Counted from the first letter of the stretch, positions 18,489-28,603 are shown. The stretch is DNA of 64,000 nucleotides from Acidimicrobiales bacterium (GCA_965208805.1 OZ242355.1:3194906-3258905), one strand, 5' to 3'. Made by a program: numbers and translations. The notes: a model not told the origin generated them from the sequence alone.

Positions 18489-19556
18489 CTACGGCCGGGC
18501 TTGGTAGATGATGTTGGCGTTGGTCTCGGTGACCCGCTCGAAGCTGGAGTATCCCGCGGCGGTGAAGACCTCTCGCATGGCGGCTTCGCCAGCTTGTGCA
18601 CCCATTCCCAGGCCGACCGGCTGGGCCAGAGAACACGGGACTCAAAACACGGCCGACGCCCCATACGACGTGGCCGCCATGGGGTTCTCGGTCAGGTTGC
18701 GGACGTGGCCGTCGAGCGCGAAGGGCTCCACCATGAGCACCGAGCCGCCCTCGGCCAGCTGGCTGCGGGCGTGGGTGGCGATGCCCACCGGATCGCCCAT
18801 GTCGTGGAGGCAGTCGAAGAAGAAGATCACGTCGTAGGCGCCCTGGTAACCCTTGGAGTCGGCCACTTCGAACGAGGCGTTGGGGAGCCCAGCGTTGGCG
18901 GCCAGTTCTCTGGCCTGGTCGATGGACGGGCCGTGGAAGTCGAACCCGGTGAAGTGCGACTCGGGGTAGGCCGAGGCCAGGATCTGCACCGAGTCGCCGC
19001 AGCCGCAGCCCACATCGGCGGCGGTGGCTCCGGACCGGAGCTTCTCGTCGATGCCATCGGCGGCGGGAATCCACTCGTTGGCCAAGTACATCTCGTACTG
19101 GGGCCGGAAGAAGCGGGCGGTGGAGGTGAACAAGCTGGGGTGGTGATCACCCCACGCCAAACCGCCGTCGCCCCGGAAAGCACTGAGGATGTCGTCCATG
19201 TCGGAGAACATGGCCCGAAACATGCCGATGCCCCCGGCCAAGAATGCGGGGCTCACCTCCCAGGCCAGCACCGCAGCGGCCTCATCGGTCAACTGAAACG
19301 TGACGTCGTCGTCGCTCTGGCCACCAATCTCGACCAACTCGACCGCGGCCTGCTGGCGCAGCCACTCGGTAACCAAGCGAGGATGGCAGCCGACAGCTAC
19401 GGCCAAGGATTCCGCAGTAATCGGCCCCGCCCCCGCCATGGCCTGATATAGGCCCAGCTCGTCGCCGATGTGGACCATGGCAATGGTGGTGGCCCCGGCC
19501 ATGTGGGTGGCCACCTCACCAGCCAGCTCGGTTACCCGATCGATGTCGATGTCCAT
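18489..19556 (-). CDS. SAM-dependent methyltransferase, candidate selenoprotein (in-frame TGA 18642-18644) or nonsense pseudogene
   Basis: The track ORF stops at TGA 18642-44, but the same frame continues 50 codons to TAG 18489-91. The extension VPCSLAQPVGLGMGAQAGEAAMREVFTAAGYSSFERVTETNANIIYQARP looks like the conserved C-terminus of this family. I recall Cys at the TGA position in homologues. A GGUC-loop hairpin lies 16 nt downstream. Confidence 0.55.
18607..18625 (-). promoter_or_regulatory. candidate bacterial SECIS stem-loop
   Basis: Minus strand CCCAGCC-GGUC-GGC(C)CUGGG: a 7-bp stem with one bulged C and a GGUC apical loop, beginning 16 nt 3' of the UGA. Confidence 0.4.
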
Positions 19557-19613
19557 GTCAGTTCCTTCGCGGTGATGTACCGGCTGGAACTCTAGGCGGT
19601 TGGGTTACATGGA

Positions 19614-20474
19614 CTAGCGGTTGGTGGTGCGGCGCTTCCAACCGGCGGCGCCAATGTTGCCGCCGTCCACATGGATGGTGGAGCCGGTCACGAATCGGGA
19701 CATGTCCCCGGCCAGATACACGATCGCGGCGGCACAATCGTGAACTGAGCCGCCTTCCAACCACGGCTGGGGGGCCAACTGGGACCTCTCATCGGTGCTC
19801 TCGTCGCCCAGCATGCGCTCGCCCTCGGTGGGGATCACATCGGGGGCGATGCAGTTGACCCGGATACCGGCCGGCGCCAACTCCAACGACAGGCTCATGG
19901 TCAGGTTGGCCTGAGCCGCCTTCATCGCCGAGTAGATGGAGAAGCCGGGACCGGCCCGATGGGCCTCGATAGAGGTGATATTGATGATCGACCCGCCCTC
20001 GCTCATCAACGGAATGCACCCTCGGATGAACCCGGTGACCTGGGTGAAGTTCTCGGCGATCAGCGCGGCCTCGCCCTTGAGGTTGATGTCGGCGAACGGG
20101 GAGTTGAACGTACCGCCCGCGTTGTTCACCAGCACGTCCACCCGTCCGTAGGCCTCGCCCACCTCGGCCAGCCAGGCATCGCGGGGCTCGGGGTGGCGGA
20201 CGTCGAACAGCCCGGTCAAACAGCGGCGGCCCAGCGCTTCCACTGCGGCGGCGGTGCGGGCCATATCGTCGGCCTCCCGGTCGCAGATGGCCAGATCAGC
20301 GCCGAACCTAGCTAGGGCCACCGCGGTGGCCGCCCCGATCCCCCGAGCGGCGCCGGTGACGATGGCCACCTTGTCGGTGAGCAGCACGCTGGACGGATCC
20401 AACACGTTGTCATCGCTCCAAATGGGAGGCTTGTCGCTCTCGAGGCCGCCCAAAGTCCATTCCCAATCGGTCAT
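19614..20474 (-). CDS. SDR family oxidoreductase
   Basis: KVAIVTGAARGIG, NNAG, YSAMK motifs. Extra roughly 35-aa N-terminal extension. Confidence 0.85.
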   Translation of the reverse strand: MTDWEWTLGGLESDKPPIWSDDNVLDPSSVLLTDKVAIVTGAARGIGAATAVALARFGADLAICDREADDMARTAAAVEALGRRCLTGLFDVRHPEPRDAWLAEVGEAYGRVDVLVNNAGGTFNSPFADINLKGEAALIAENFTQVTGFIRGCIPLMSEGGSIINITSIEAHRAGPGFSIYSAMKAAQANLTMSLSLELAPAGIRVNCIAPDVIPTEGERMLGDESTDERSQLAPQPWLEGGSVHDCAAAIVYLAGDMSRFVTGSTIHVDGGNIGAAGWKRRTTNR

Positions 20475-21196
20475 ACCCCTACTCCTACCGCAGAGCCGAT
20501 TCCAAATGTGATAGCGGCCGCCGCAGCGGCAATGACCAACTGGCGAAGCGAACCCCGCACGATCGACCGGTCGGTGGCCAGAGCCAGCGCACCGCCCACC
20601 AGTACCGCGCCCACAACCCCGAGCAGGATCGACCCCACGATGGCGCCGTTACCGCCGGTGAAGAACCAGGGCAAAAGCGGCAGCACCGCCCCGATGGCGA
20701 AGGCAATGAACGAGGATGTTGCCGCGAACACCGGGTTGCCCAGTTCGTTGGGATCGATGCCCATCTCCTCCCGGGCGTGGACCTCCAGTGCCTTCTCCGG
20801 ATCTTCCATGATGTTGGTGGCCATCTCCCTTGCCGTGTCCGGGTCCACCCCACGGGATTCGTAGATCTCGGCCAGCTCCTCTACCTCGTGCTCCGGGTTG
20901 CGGGCGTGCTCTCGCCGCTCCATCTCCAGCTCCCGCTCCAACAGCTCCCGTTGGGCCTGCATGGAGATGTATTCCCCCGCGGCCATCGATACCGCTCCGG
21001 CAATGAGGCCCGCCAAACCGGCAATTCGCACCAGCTCTTGGTCCGAACTGGCCCCAGCCACGCCCAATATGAGAGCCACGTTGGACACCAGGCCATCGCT
21101 CACCCCGAATACCGCCGCCCGGTACCCGCCCCGGGTCACATTGCGGTGATGCCCTTCTCCGAGATGCCCCGAGCCGCTGGGCTTTCTTGCGAACAC
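20471..21196 (-). CDS. VIT1/CCC1 family iron/manganese transporter
   Basis: GGYRAAVFGVSDGLVSNVALILGVAGA, a central EMERRE-type cytosolic helix, and C-terminal TM helices. Confidence 0.8.
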   Translation of the reverse strand: MFARKPSGSGHLGEGHHRNVTRGGYRAAVFGVSDGLVSNVALILGVAGASSDQELVRIAGLAGLIAGAVSMAAGEYISMQAQRELLERELEMERREHARNPEHEVEELAEIYESRGVDPDTAREMATNIMEDPEKALEVHAREEMGIDPNELGNPVFAATSSFIAFAIGAVLPLLPWFFTGGNGAIVGSILLGVVGAVLVGGALALATDRSIVRGSLRQLVIAAAAAAITFGIGSAVGVGV

Positions 21197-21243
21197 AACC
21201 TCAACCTACCGCCCATTAGCCATACTTCGGCGGAAGAACGAAG

Positions 21244-22431
21244 TCACACCAGGCCGCGGGGGGCCAGCACCATCTGCTCATCTCCGTCGGCCTGCACCAC
21301 CCAATTTTCGCCCCGGCGGTAGACCTCAGCATCGGATGCGCTCAAGTCGTCACCCGCTTTGATCCAGCTCGCTGCTTGGCTCATGGCCACTTCTACTAGA
21401 ACCGCCCGACCCTCAGCTATTGCCTCGGCGGCTGCCCGACAGGCGATCAAGCCAGCCACCGGATCGGCGGCAGCGTCACCCACGAACCACGGCAGTCCGC
21501 CAGCCGGGTCCGGCAGCCATAGTCCCCCGCTCACTGCGGCATCGTCACCGAATCCGGGTCGGTCGCTGCCATAGCCGGTGATCGACACCCACACCAGCCC
21601 GCAACGCTCTGCCACCTCCAGTGGATCGATACCCCAGTTGGCCCACACTCGGGGTCGCAAGCCGTCGACCACCACGGCCGACCCTCGGCACAGATCCTGG
21701 AACCGGCGGCGTCCGTCCTCGGACCCCAGGTCGATGACTGTTTCCTCCTTGCCCTGGTTCATCCGCTCGTAGAACGCTGGCGAGCCATATCGGGCACCGT
21801 CGGGGCGGCCCGGTGCCTCTACCTTGACCACATCGAATCCGAAGCCGCCCAGCAGCGACGCGCACAGCGGCCCGGCCCACAGCGAGCTCACGTCCAGCAC
21901 CTTCTTGCGGCCTGAATCCGCCGATCCGACACCAGTGAACGAACAGGGCTCGTCCGGGGGAGGGGGCCGGGTGGCCTCTCCCACTGCCAAACCCAGCCAT
22001 TCGGCCCGCTCCAACAGTTCGGCCACCGGCTTGTCCCGCACCTCCATGGCCACGACGGCCCATACATCGCTCCCGCCCAGATCGCCGATCTCCAGCCAGG
22101 CGGGAACCGCTTCGGTGTCGCTGGTGCGGGCCAGCGACACTGCCAACACCCCGTCGGCCGCCGCCACCATGCGGCATGCGCCGCCCACTGACACCGAGCC
22201 CCTTCGACCACGGCCCACGAGCGCCGCCCGCTCTCCCAGAAAGCCGGCGGCGTCGCTTCTCAGCGGCTGGCCGCGCAACGTGGAGATGTCGCTCACCACG
22301 CCGTCGAGCCGCTCCACCCATCGCCCAGAGGCCACCGCCGGAGGCCCGTGCTCTGGCCCGCTCAGGCCCATCAAGCCCGACTCGGCCCAAACCAGCGCCG
22401 GATGGCGGCTGCTCAAGGTTGGCTCCATCAC
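21244..22431 (-). CDS. CoA transferase, family III (CaiB/BaiF-like)
   Basis: VLDVSSLWAGPLCASLLGGFGFDVVKVEAPGRPDGAR matches the family III signature. Confidence 0.75.
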   Translation of the reverse strand: MMEPTLSSRHPALVWAESGLMGLSGPEHGPPAVASGRWVERLDGVVSDISTLRGQPLRSDAAGFLGERAALVGRGRRGSVSVGGACRMVAAADGVLAVSLARTSDTEAVPAWLEIGDLGGSDVWAVVAMEVRDKPVAELLERAEWLGLAVGEATRPPPPDEPCSFTGVGSADSGRKKVLDVSSLWAGPLCASLLGGFGFDVVKVEAPGRPDGARYGSPAFYERMNQGKEETVIDLGSEDGRRRFQDLCRGSAVVVDGLRPRVWANWGIDPLEVAERCGLVWVSITGYGSDRPGFGDDAAVSGGLWLPDPAGGLPWFVGDAAADPVAGLIACRAAAEAIAEGRAVLVEVAMSQAASWIKAGDDLSASDAEVYRRGENWVVQADGDEQMVLAPRGLV

Positions 22432-22496
22432 TAACGCAGTTTGTACCTGTTGAGTCTGACGGGAAAAGATTGGAGGACATCTTTCGGGAGGTAGGG

Positions 22497-22802
22497 ATGG
22501 ACCTGAAACCGGGTAGCCGCCTCAAGAGCTCGGTATGCGATACCGAGCTCATCGTGGTCAAAGCACCGAGCGGCGACGTGGACATAACTTGTGGCGGCGC
22601 GCCGATGGCCGATCCGGCCGACGCGGAGCGCAATGGCGAGGTTGCCGCCGCTGCTGCCGATGGCACGGCGTTGGGCAAGCGCTATGTGAACGAAGACGAG
22701 TCCCTCGAGGTTTTGTGCACCAAACCGGGAGACGGCTCTTTGGCGCTGGGAGACATGGCCCTCAGTCTGAAAGAGGCCAAGCCCCTCCCCGCCTCCGACT
22801 AG
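22497..22802 (+). CDS. small conserved hypothetical protein
   Basis: ATG 22497 preceded by GGGAGG. MDLKPGSRLKSSVCDTELIVVKAPSGDVDITCGGAPM...KEAKPLPASD. Only the last 101 codons of track ORF 22176..22802 look coding. Confidence 0.55.
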   Translation: MDLKPGSRLKSSVCDTELIVVKAPSGDVDITCGGAPMADPADAERNGEVAAAAADGTALGKRYVNEDESLEVLCTKPGDGSLALGDMALSLKEAKPLPASD

Positions 22803-22847
22803 TCAGGCCATAGCGCTGCCAGCAGGATCGTCAGTCGGGATGGACCC

Positions 22848-24347
22848 ATGAATCTGATGATGCTGCTGGAGATGGCGTCCAGCGGGTTCGGCGACCGCAT
22901 CGCGGTCGGATCCCAAGGGCGGGGTCTTACCTACGAACAGCTATTCCAGCGGGCCGGGGCCACTGCCATGCGCTTCCGCGAGGCGGGAATCGACCGGGTG
23001 AGCATGGTGGACGTCAGCAGCGAGGCCCTCCCGATCGCTCTGTTCGGCTCGGCCTGGGCCGGCGTGCCGTTCGTTCCCCTCAACTACCGCCTGACCGTGC
23101 CTGAGTTACGCCATCTGGCTGCCGAGGTAGCTCCATCGGTCACGGTGTGCAACGACGATGCCGTGGCTGCCATCGGCGACCTCGACGGCGTGAGAGCCGT
23201 TGTTCGCCCCGACTTCCTGGCCCAGTGGGCCGAGGGAGCCGCGCCCGACAGCGATTGGAACGTGGACCCCGAGGAAATCGCCATCCTCCTCTACACCAGC
23301 GGCACTACCGGCGCTCCCAAGGCGGCGGTGCTGCGCCACCGGCATTTGGTGTCGTACATCATCGGCTCGGTGGAGTTCATGGGGGCGGCCGAAGACGAGG
23401 CCACCCTGGTTTCGGTGCCCCCCTACCACGTGGCCGGCATGGCCGCGATCTTGAGCTCGGTGTACGCCGGGCGCCGCATTGTGCAGCTTCCCAACTTCGA
23501 CCCCGCCGGCTGGGTGGATTTGGTCCGGGCCGAGGGGGTTACCCACGCCATGGTGGTACCCACCATGCTGGCCCGCATCGTGGACCACCTGGAAGACGTC
23601 GGAGGCGGGCTCCCCTCGCTGCGGGCTCTGTCGTACGGGGGCGGCAAGATGCCCGCCCCGGTCATCGCCCGGGCTCTCGACGTGCTTCCCGAGACCAATT
23701 TCGTGAACGCCTACGGCCTGACCGAGACCAGCTCCACAGTGGCGGTGCTCGGCCCCGAGGAACACCGCGACGCCCATCGCTCCGACGATCCCTCCGTGCG
23801 GGCCAGGCTGGGCTCGGCGGGCCGGCCGCTGCCCGCCATCGAGGTGGACATCCGCGACGAGGAGGGCAACCCGGTTGCCACCGGTACCTCAGGCGAGATC
23901 TGGGTGCGGGGCGAGCAAGTATCCGGCGAGTACCTGGGTCGGAACTCCCGAGTGACCCCCGACGGCTGGTTCCCCACCAACGACGGAGGCTCGCTCGACG
24001 GTGACGGCTATCTGTATGTAGAAGGCCGCATAGACGACATAATCGTGCGGGGCGGCGAGAACATCTCCCCCGGCGAGATCGAAGACGTGCTGCTGAGCCA
24101 CCCATCGGTGGCCGACGCCGCCGCCGTCGGAGTACCCGACGAGCAGTGGGGCGAAGCGGTGGCCGCAGTGGTGGTGCCGGCCAAGGGTCAATCGGTTGAC
24201 ATCGCCGATCTCCAAGAGTTTGTGAAGTCCCAGATGCGGTCGTCGCGCACTCCCGACTGCATTGAGCTGCGCGACGAGCTGCCCTACAACGAGACCGGCA
24301 AACTCCTGCGCCGAATCCTGCGCGAAGAGCTCGCCGAAAGCCGCTGA
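22848..24347 (+). CDS. AMP-dependent acyl-CoA synthetase/ligase
   Basis: LLYTSGTTGAPKAAVL AMP-binding motif, YGLTETS, and GWFPTNDGG...DIIVRGGENISPGEIE. Confidence 0.85.
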   Translation: MNLMMLLEMASSGFGDRIAVGSQGRGLTYEQLFQRAGATAMRFREAGIDRVSMVDVSSEALPIALFGSAWAGVPFVPLNYRLTVPELRHLAAEVAPSVTVCNDDAVAAIGDLDGVRAVVRPDFLAQWAEGAAPDSDWNVDPEEIAILLYTSGTTGAPKAAVLRHRHLVSYIIGSVEFMGAAEDEATLVSVPPYHVAGMAAILSSVYAGRRIVQLPNFDPAGWVDLVRAEGVTHAMVVPTMLARIVDHLEDVGGGLPSLRALSYGGGKMPAPVIARALDVLPETNFVNAYGLTETSSTVAVLGPEEHRDAHRSDDPSVRARLGSAGRPLPAIEVDIRDEEGNPVATGTSGEIWVRGEQVSGEYLGRNSRVTPDGWFPTNDGGSLDGDGYLYVEGRIDDIIVRGGENISPGEIEDVLLSHPSVADAAAVGVPDEQWGEAVAAVVVPAKGQSVDIADLQEFVKSQMRSSRTPDCIELRDELPYNETGKLLRRILREELAESR

Positions 24348-24380
24348 TTCCCTTCCGCGCTAGTCTGCGGTCACTCAGTA

Positions 24381-25436
24381 ATGGCTGCGCCAATCCAGAC
24401 CACGGGCCTGGCTGAGGCCCTCGAACACTTGTCCCACCCCTATGCCGGGGAGGATATGGGTCTGGCTGACTGCCCGGTGATGCTCATAGAGCTCACAACC
24501 GCCGACATCTCGCAATGGCCTGACGACGAGACGGCCGATCTGATCAAGAGCACCCCGGCAGTGATGACAGCCGTAGTGCCTGCCGACTTCGACTCTGCCG
24601 ACGCTGCGAAACTGGCCGAGCACTGCGCCGCCTTCGACATCGTGCTGGCCCCCGGCGACCTCCCCGTACCGGTGGCCGTGCCCGCCGACGAGATCGGGCT
24701 GATTGCCGCCGCAGCCACCGCATCGCCAGCTGCGGCGGTGGCTCTGGTGCAACTTCTGCGCCTGAGCGAAAGCCGAACCACCGCCGACGGGCTGGTGGCC
24801 GAGTCGCTGGCCTACTCCACCCTCCAGTCCGGCCCTCAGTTCCAGGGGTGGCTGGCCAGCCAGCCCTCTCGGCTGGTTCCTGACAATCCCGAACCCGCGG
24901 TGCGGGCTGAACGCTCCGGGTCCACCCTGCGGCTCACCCTCAACCGACCCGAGCGCCACAACGCCTTCAGCGCCGAGATGCGCGACGGCCTAGTCGAGCA
25001 GCTCCGGGCCGCATGGGCCGACCCCAGCCTCGACGGCATCGTGCTCGACGGCGTCGGGCCCACCTTCTGCTCCGGTGGCGACCTAGCCGAATTCGGCACC
25101 ACCCCCGACCCTGGCACCGCCCACCGCGTCCGCTCCGTGCGCAGCGCCGCCTTTTGGATCGACCGACTGGCGGCCAAGGTCCGAGCAAAGGTCCACGGCA
25201 CCTGCGTGGGGGCGGGCGTGGAGCTGCCCGCCTATGCCCACGACGTGTCCGCCCACCCCGACACCACTTTCCGCTTGCCCGAGGTGGCGATGGGCCTGGT
25301 GCCCGGCGCCGGCGGCACCGTGAGCATCGCCCGCCGCATCGGCCGCCAGCGCCTTGGCTACTTCGCCCTCACCAACACCGAGATCGACGCCACCACCGCC
25401 CTCGCCTGGGGCCTCATCGACCGCATCGAGGGCTAG
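24381..25436 (+). CDS. enoyl-CoA hydratase/isomerase family protein with unrecognised N-terminal domain
   Basis: The C-terminal half is crotonase-like (LTLNRPERHNAF, FCSGGDLAEFG, VHGTCVGAGVELP). The N-terminal roughly 160 aa are unassigned. Confidence 0.75.
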   Translation: MAAPIQTTGLAEALEHLSHPYAGEDMGLADCPVMLIELTTADISQWPDDETADLIKSTPAVMTAVVPADFDSADAAKLAEHCAAFDIVLAPGDLPVPVAVPADEIGLIAAAATASPAAAVALVQLLRLSESRTTADGLVAESLAYSTLQSGPQFQGWLASQPSRLVPDNPEPAVRAERSGSTLRLTLNRPERHNAFSAEMRDGLVEQLRAAWADPSLDGIVLDGVGPTFCSGGDLAEFGTTPDPGTAHRVRSVRSAAFWIDRLAAKVRAKVHGTCVGAGVELPAYAHDVSAHPDTTFRLPEVAMGLVPGAGGTVSIARRIGRQRLGYFALTNTEIDATTALAWGLIDRIEG

Positions 25437-25439
25437 CCG

Positions 25440-26177
25440 CTAGAACAGGCTGGGAACTCCGAGTTCGGTGCCTCCCGTGACGGGGAGGGTGGCTCCGGTG
25501 ATGTAGGCGGCTTTGGAGGAGGCCAAGAAGAAGATGGCGTGGGCCACGTCTTCGGGCTCGCCCATGCGGCCCAGCGGGTAGCGGCGGCCGAAATCGTCCT
25601 TTTCCTCGGGGGTCATCGAGGCGGTGAGGTGCATTGTGTCGATGGGGCCGGGGGCCACTGCGTTAACCCGCACGTCGGGGGCGTACTCGGCGGCCAAGTC
25701 CCTGGTCATGGCGATCACTCCCGCCTTGGCCGAGGCGTAGGCCACGTGGGGGGTGGTGAACCGCAGGGCGGCGATGGAGGCCACGTTCACCACGCTGCCT
25801 CGGCTCTCAGCAAGCGCCGGACAGGCCCGGCGGATTAGCAGGAAAAACGACCTCAGGTTGGTGGAGAGCTGGTCGTCCCACTCTTCGGGGGTGATCTCAG
25901 CGGTGGGCTTCAGCACCCAGACCCCGGCGTTGTTCACCAACACGTCGAGACGGCCGAACGCAGCCAGGGTGTCATCGATGATCGCATGGGCGTCGTCGGT
26001 GTCGCCCACATCGCCACCCAGCCGCAGCGAAAGCTCCTCCACCTCATCCAGGGAATCAACATCCCGATCAGCCCCGACGACCACAGCTCCCGCGTCGGCG
26101 AATAGCGCCGCGGTGCTCCGGCCGATCCCCCGAGCCGCCCCGGTGACGATCACCACCTTGTCGGCAAACTCGGTCAT
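25440..26177 (-). CDS. SDR family oxidoreductase
   Basis: MTEFADKVVIVTGAARGIG start at 26177 (CAT 26175-77). NNAG and YASAK motifs. Confidence 0.85.
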   Translation of the reverse strand: MTEFADKVVIVTGAARGIGRSTAALFADAGAVVVGADRDVDSLDEVEELSLRLGGDVGDTDDAHAIIDDTLAAFGRLDVLVNNAGVWVLKPTAEITPEEWDDQLSTNLRSFFLLIRRACPALAESRGSVVNVASIAALRFTTPHVAYASAKAGVIAMTRDLAAEYAPDVRVNAVAPGPIDTMHLTASMTPEEKDDFGRRYPLGRMGEPEDVAHAIFFLASSKAAYITGATLPVTGGTELGVPSLF

Positions 26178-26184
26178 GGCGCTG

Positions 26185-27342
26185 CTAGAGCCGCTCGATG
26201 ATGGTGACGTTGGCCTGGCCGCCGCCCTCGCACATGGTTTGCAGCCCATACCGGCCACCAGTGCGCTCAAGTTCGTTCAGCAGGGTGGTCATGAGCCGAG
26301 CTCCGGTGGCACCCAAGGGGTGACCGAGGGCGATGGCCCCGCCGTTCACGTTGACCTTCTCGTGGGGCACGCTGTGCTCGCCCATCCAGGCCAGCACCAC
26401 GGAGGCAAAGGCCTCGTTGCATTCGAACAAGTCGATGTCATCGATGGTCATGCCGGTTCGGGCCAGCGCGTACTCGGTGGCCGGGATGGGGCCGGTGAGC
26501 ATGTAGATGGGGTCGGCGCCCCGCACCGAAAGGTGGTGGAAGCGGGCCCGGGGCTTCAACCCGTGGTCGGCCACCGCCTGCTCCCCGCAGATCAACATGG
26601 CGCAGCCCGCGTCGGAGATCTGGCTGGACACCGCCGCGGTCAGCCGCCCACCCTCGATCAGGGTGGACAAGCCAGCCATCTTCTCCAGGGTTGTGCCCCG
26701 GCGGATGCCCTCGTCAAACTCCAAGCCAGCTAAAGGCAGAATCTCGTTATCGAACCGGCCCTCGTCGGTGGCGGTGGCGGCCCGCTCGTGACTGGCCAGG
26801 GCGAACTCCTCCATCTGCTCCCGGCTGATGTCCCAGTGCTCGGCGATCATCTCCGCCCCCCGGAACTGCGATACCTCCTGGGTGCCGTAGCGGTCGACCC
26901 AGCCATCGGAGCCGGTGAAGGGGTCGGGATCTGTCACCCCCACATGCTCGGCCACGGTCATGGCCGCTCCGATGGGGATCATGCTCATGTTCTGCACGCC
27001 ACCGGCCACCACCATGTCGTTCACGCCGGCCATCACCGCCTGGGCCGCAAAGTGAACAGCCTGCTGGGCCGATCCGCACTGGCGGTCGATAGTGGTGCCG
27101 GGAACGTGCTCGGGCAGTCCGGCGGCCAGCCAGGCGGTGCGGGCAATGTCGCCGGCCTGGGGTCCGAGGGCGTCCACACAGCCGTACATCACGTCGTCCA
27201 CCGCAGCCGGGTCGACACCGGTGCGATCGAGAAGCCCGAGGATGGGATGGGCCCCCAAGTCCGCGGGGTGGATCTCCGAGAGGCTGCCGCCCCGTCGTCC
27301 TACCGGGGTGCGGACTGCGTCGATGATGTATGCCTCAGCCAT
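26185..27342 (-). CDS. acetyl-CoA C-acyltransferase (thiolase)
   Basis: MAEAYIIDAVRTPVGRRGG, DRQCGSAQQA (active Cys), and NVNGGAIALGHPLGATG...CEGGGQA. Confidence 0.9.
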   Translation of the reverse strand: MAEAYIIDAVRTPVGRRGGSLSEIHPADLGAHPILGLLDRTGVDPAAVDDVMYGCVDALGPQAGDIARTAWLAAGLPEHVPGTTIDRQCGSAQQAVHFAAQAVMAGVNDMVVAGGVQNMSMIPIGAAMTVAEHVGVTDPDPFTGSDGWVDRYGTQEVSQFRGAEMIAEHWDISREQMEEFALASHERAATATDEGRFDNEILPLAGLEFDEGIRRGTTLEKMAGLSTLIEGGRLTAAVSSQISDAGCAMLICGEQAVADHGLKPRARFHHLSVRGADPIYMLTGPIPATEYALARTGMTIDDIDLFECNEAFASVVLAWMGEHSVPHEKVNVNGGAIALGHPLGATGARLMTTLLNELERTGGRYGLQTMCEGGGQANVTIIERL

Positions 27343-27412
27343 GGCTGCTCCTCGTTCTTGTACTTGTAATCATCGCGGTTCCCGGGGCAGGCCCAACAAT
27401 TCGGTTTCCCGA

Positions 27413-28603
27413 CTACCGCGGCTCCCTCGGCAGCCCCAAGACTCGCTCGCCGATGATGTTCCGCTGAATCTCATTCGATCCGGCATAGATGGTGTGGGAT
27501 CGGCTGTACAGGAACGTGCGCTGCCATGAGTCCAGCGAGTAGTCCTCACCGTCGTCAGCCGCAACCGCCATGCCGTCCGCCCCCCGCACCCCCACCATCA
27601 ACTCGCCCAGCGAGCGGTGCCAGTTGGACCACAACAGCTTGCCGATGGACATTTCCGGCCCTGGCACCCCACCGGCATCCACCACGGTGAGCATCCGCAG
27701 GTTGTTGTACCGCATGATCTCCAACGTGGCGTAGGCCTGGGCCAGCTCCTGGCGGATCACTAAATCATCAGCGGTGCCGTTGGCCCGGGCCTCGGCCAGC
27801 AGCGCGTCTAGTTCCTGGCGGAAGTAGGTCTGCTGGCCCAGCGTGGACGCCCCCCGCTCGAAGGCCAGCGTGCCCATAGCCACCTCCCAGCCCCGGCCCA
27901 CTTGCCCCACCACCAGATCGGCATTGGTCACCGCATCGTCGAAGAACACCTCGTTGAACTCGGTGCCGCCGGTGATCTGCACGATGGGGCGAATCTCGAT
28001 CCCCGGCTGGTCCATGGGCACCAACAGGTAGGAGAGCCCGGCGTGGCGGGCGGAATCCGGGTCGGTGCGGCACACCACGAAGCACCAGTCGGAATACTGG
28101 GCCAGCGAGGTCCAGATCTTCTGGCCGTTGACCACCCACCGATCACCGTCGAGCACCGCTTTGGTGCCCACGTTGGCCAAATCCGACCCGGCATTGGGCT
28201 CGGAATAGCCCTGGCACCAGAACTCCTCGCCCGACAGGATCGGCGGCACGAACCGCTCCTGCTGCTCAGGGGTGCCGTAGGCCACCAGAGTCGGCCCCAA
28301 CAAGGTGACCCCCATGTTGGGCAGCCTTCCCGGCGCCCGAGCCTCCACGTAGGTCTGGTGGAACAGCACCTGCTCCGACATGCTGCACTCCCGACCGCCC
28401 AAATGAGCGGGAAAGTCAATGCCCAGCCAGCCGCCACCGGCCAGCTCGCGCTCCCAGGCGATCTGCACCTCAGCGGGAATGTCCTCTTGGCCCATCCCGC
28501 CCCGGCCCCGCAGCCCGGCGAACTCCCCCACCAAGTGCTCCTCCAGCCACGTCCGCACCTCGTCGCGGAAGCCCCGCTCCGCGGGATTCAGGTCGAAATC
28601 CAT
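27413..28603 (-). CDS. acyl-CoA dehydrogenase
   Basis: MDFDLNPAERGFRDEV start at 28603, YSEPNAGSDLA, and C-terminal IYAGSNEIQRNIIGERVLGLPRE. Confidence 0.85.
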   Translation of the reverse strand: MDFDLNPAERGFRDEVRTWLEEHLVGEFAGLRGRGGMGQEDIPAEVQIAWERELAGGGWLGIDFPAHLGGRECSMSEQVLFHQTYVEARAPGRLPNMGVTLLGPTLVAYGTPEQQERFVPPILSGEEFWCQGYSEPNAGSDLANVGTKAVLDGDRWVVNGQKIWTSLAQYSDWCFVVCRTDPDSARHAGLSYLLVPMDQPGIEIRPIVQITGGTEFNEVFFDDAVTNADLVVGQVGRGWEVAMGTLAFERGASTLGQQTYFRQELDALLAEARANGTADDLVIRQELAQAYATLEIMRYNNLRMLTVVDAGGVPGPEMSIGKLLWSNWHRSLGELMVGVRGADGMAVAADDGEDYSLDSWQRTFLYSRSHTIYAGSNEIQRNIIGERVLGLPREPR

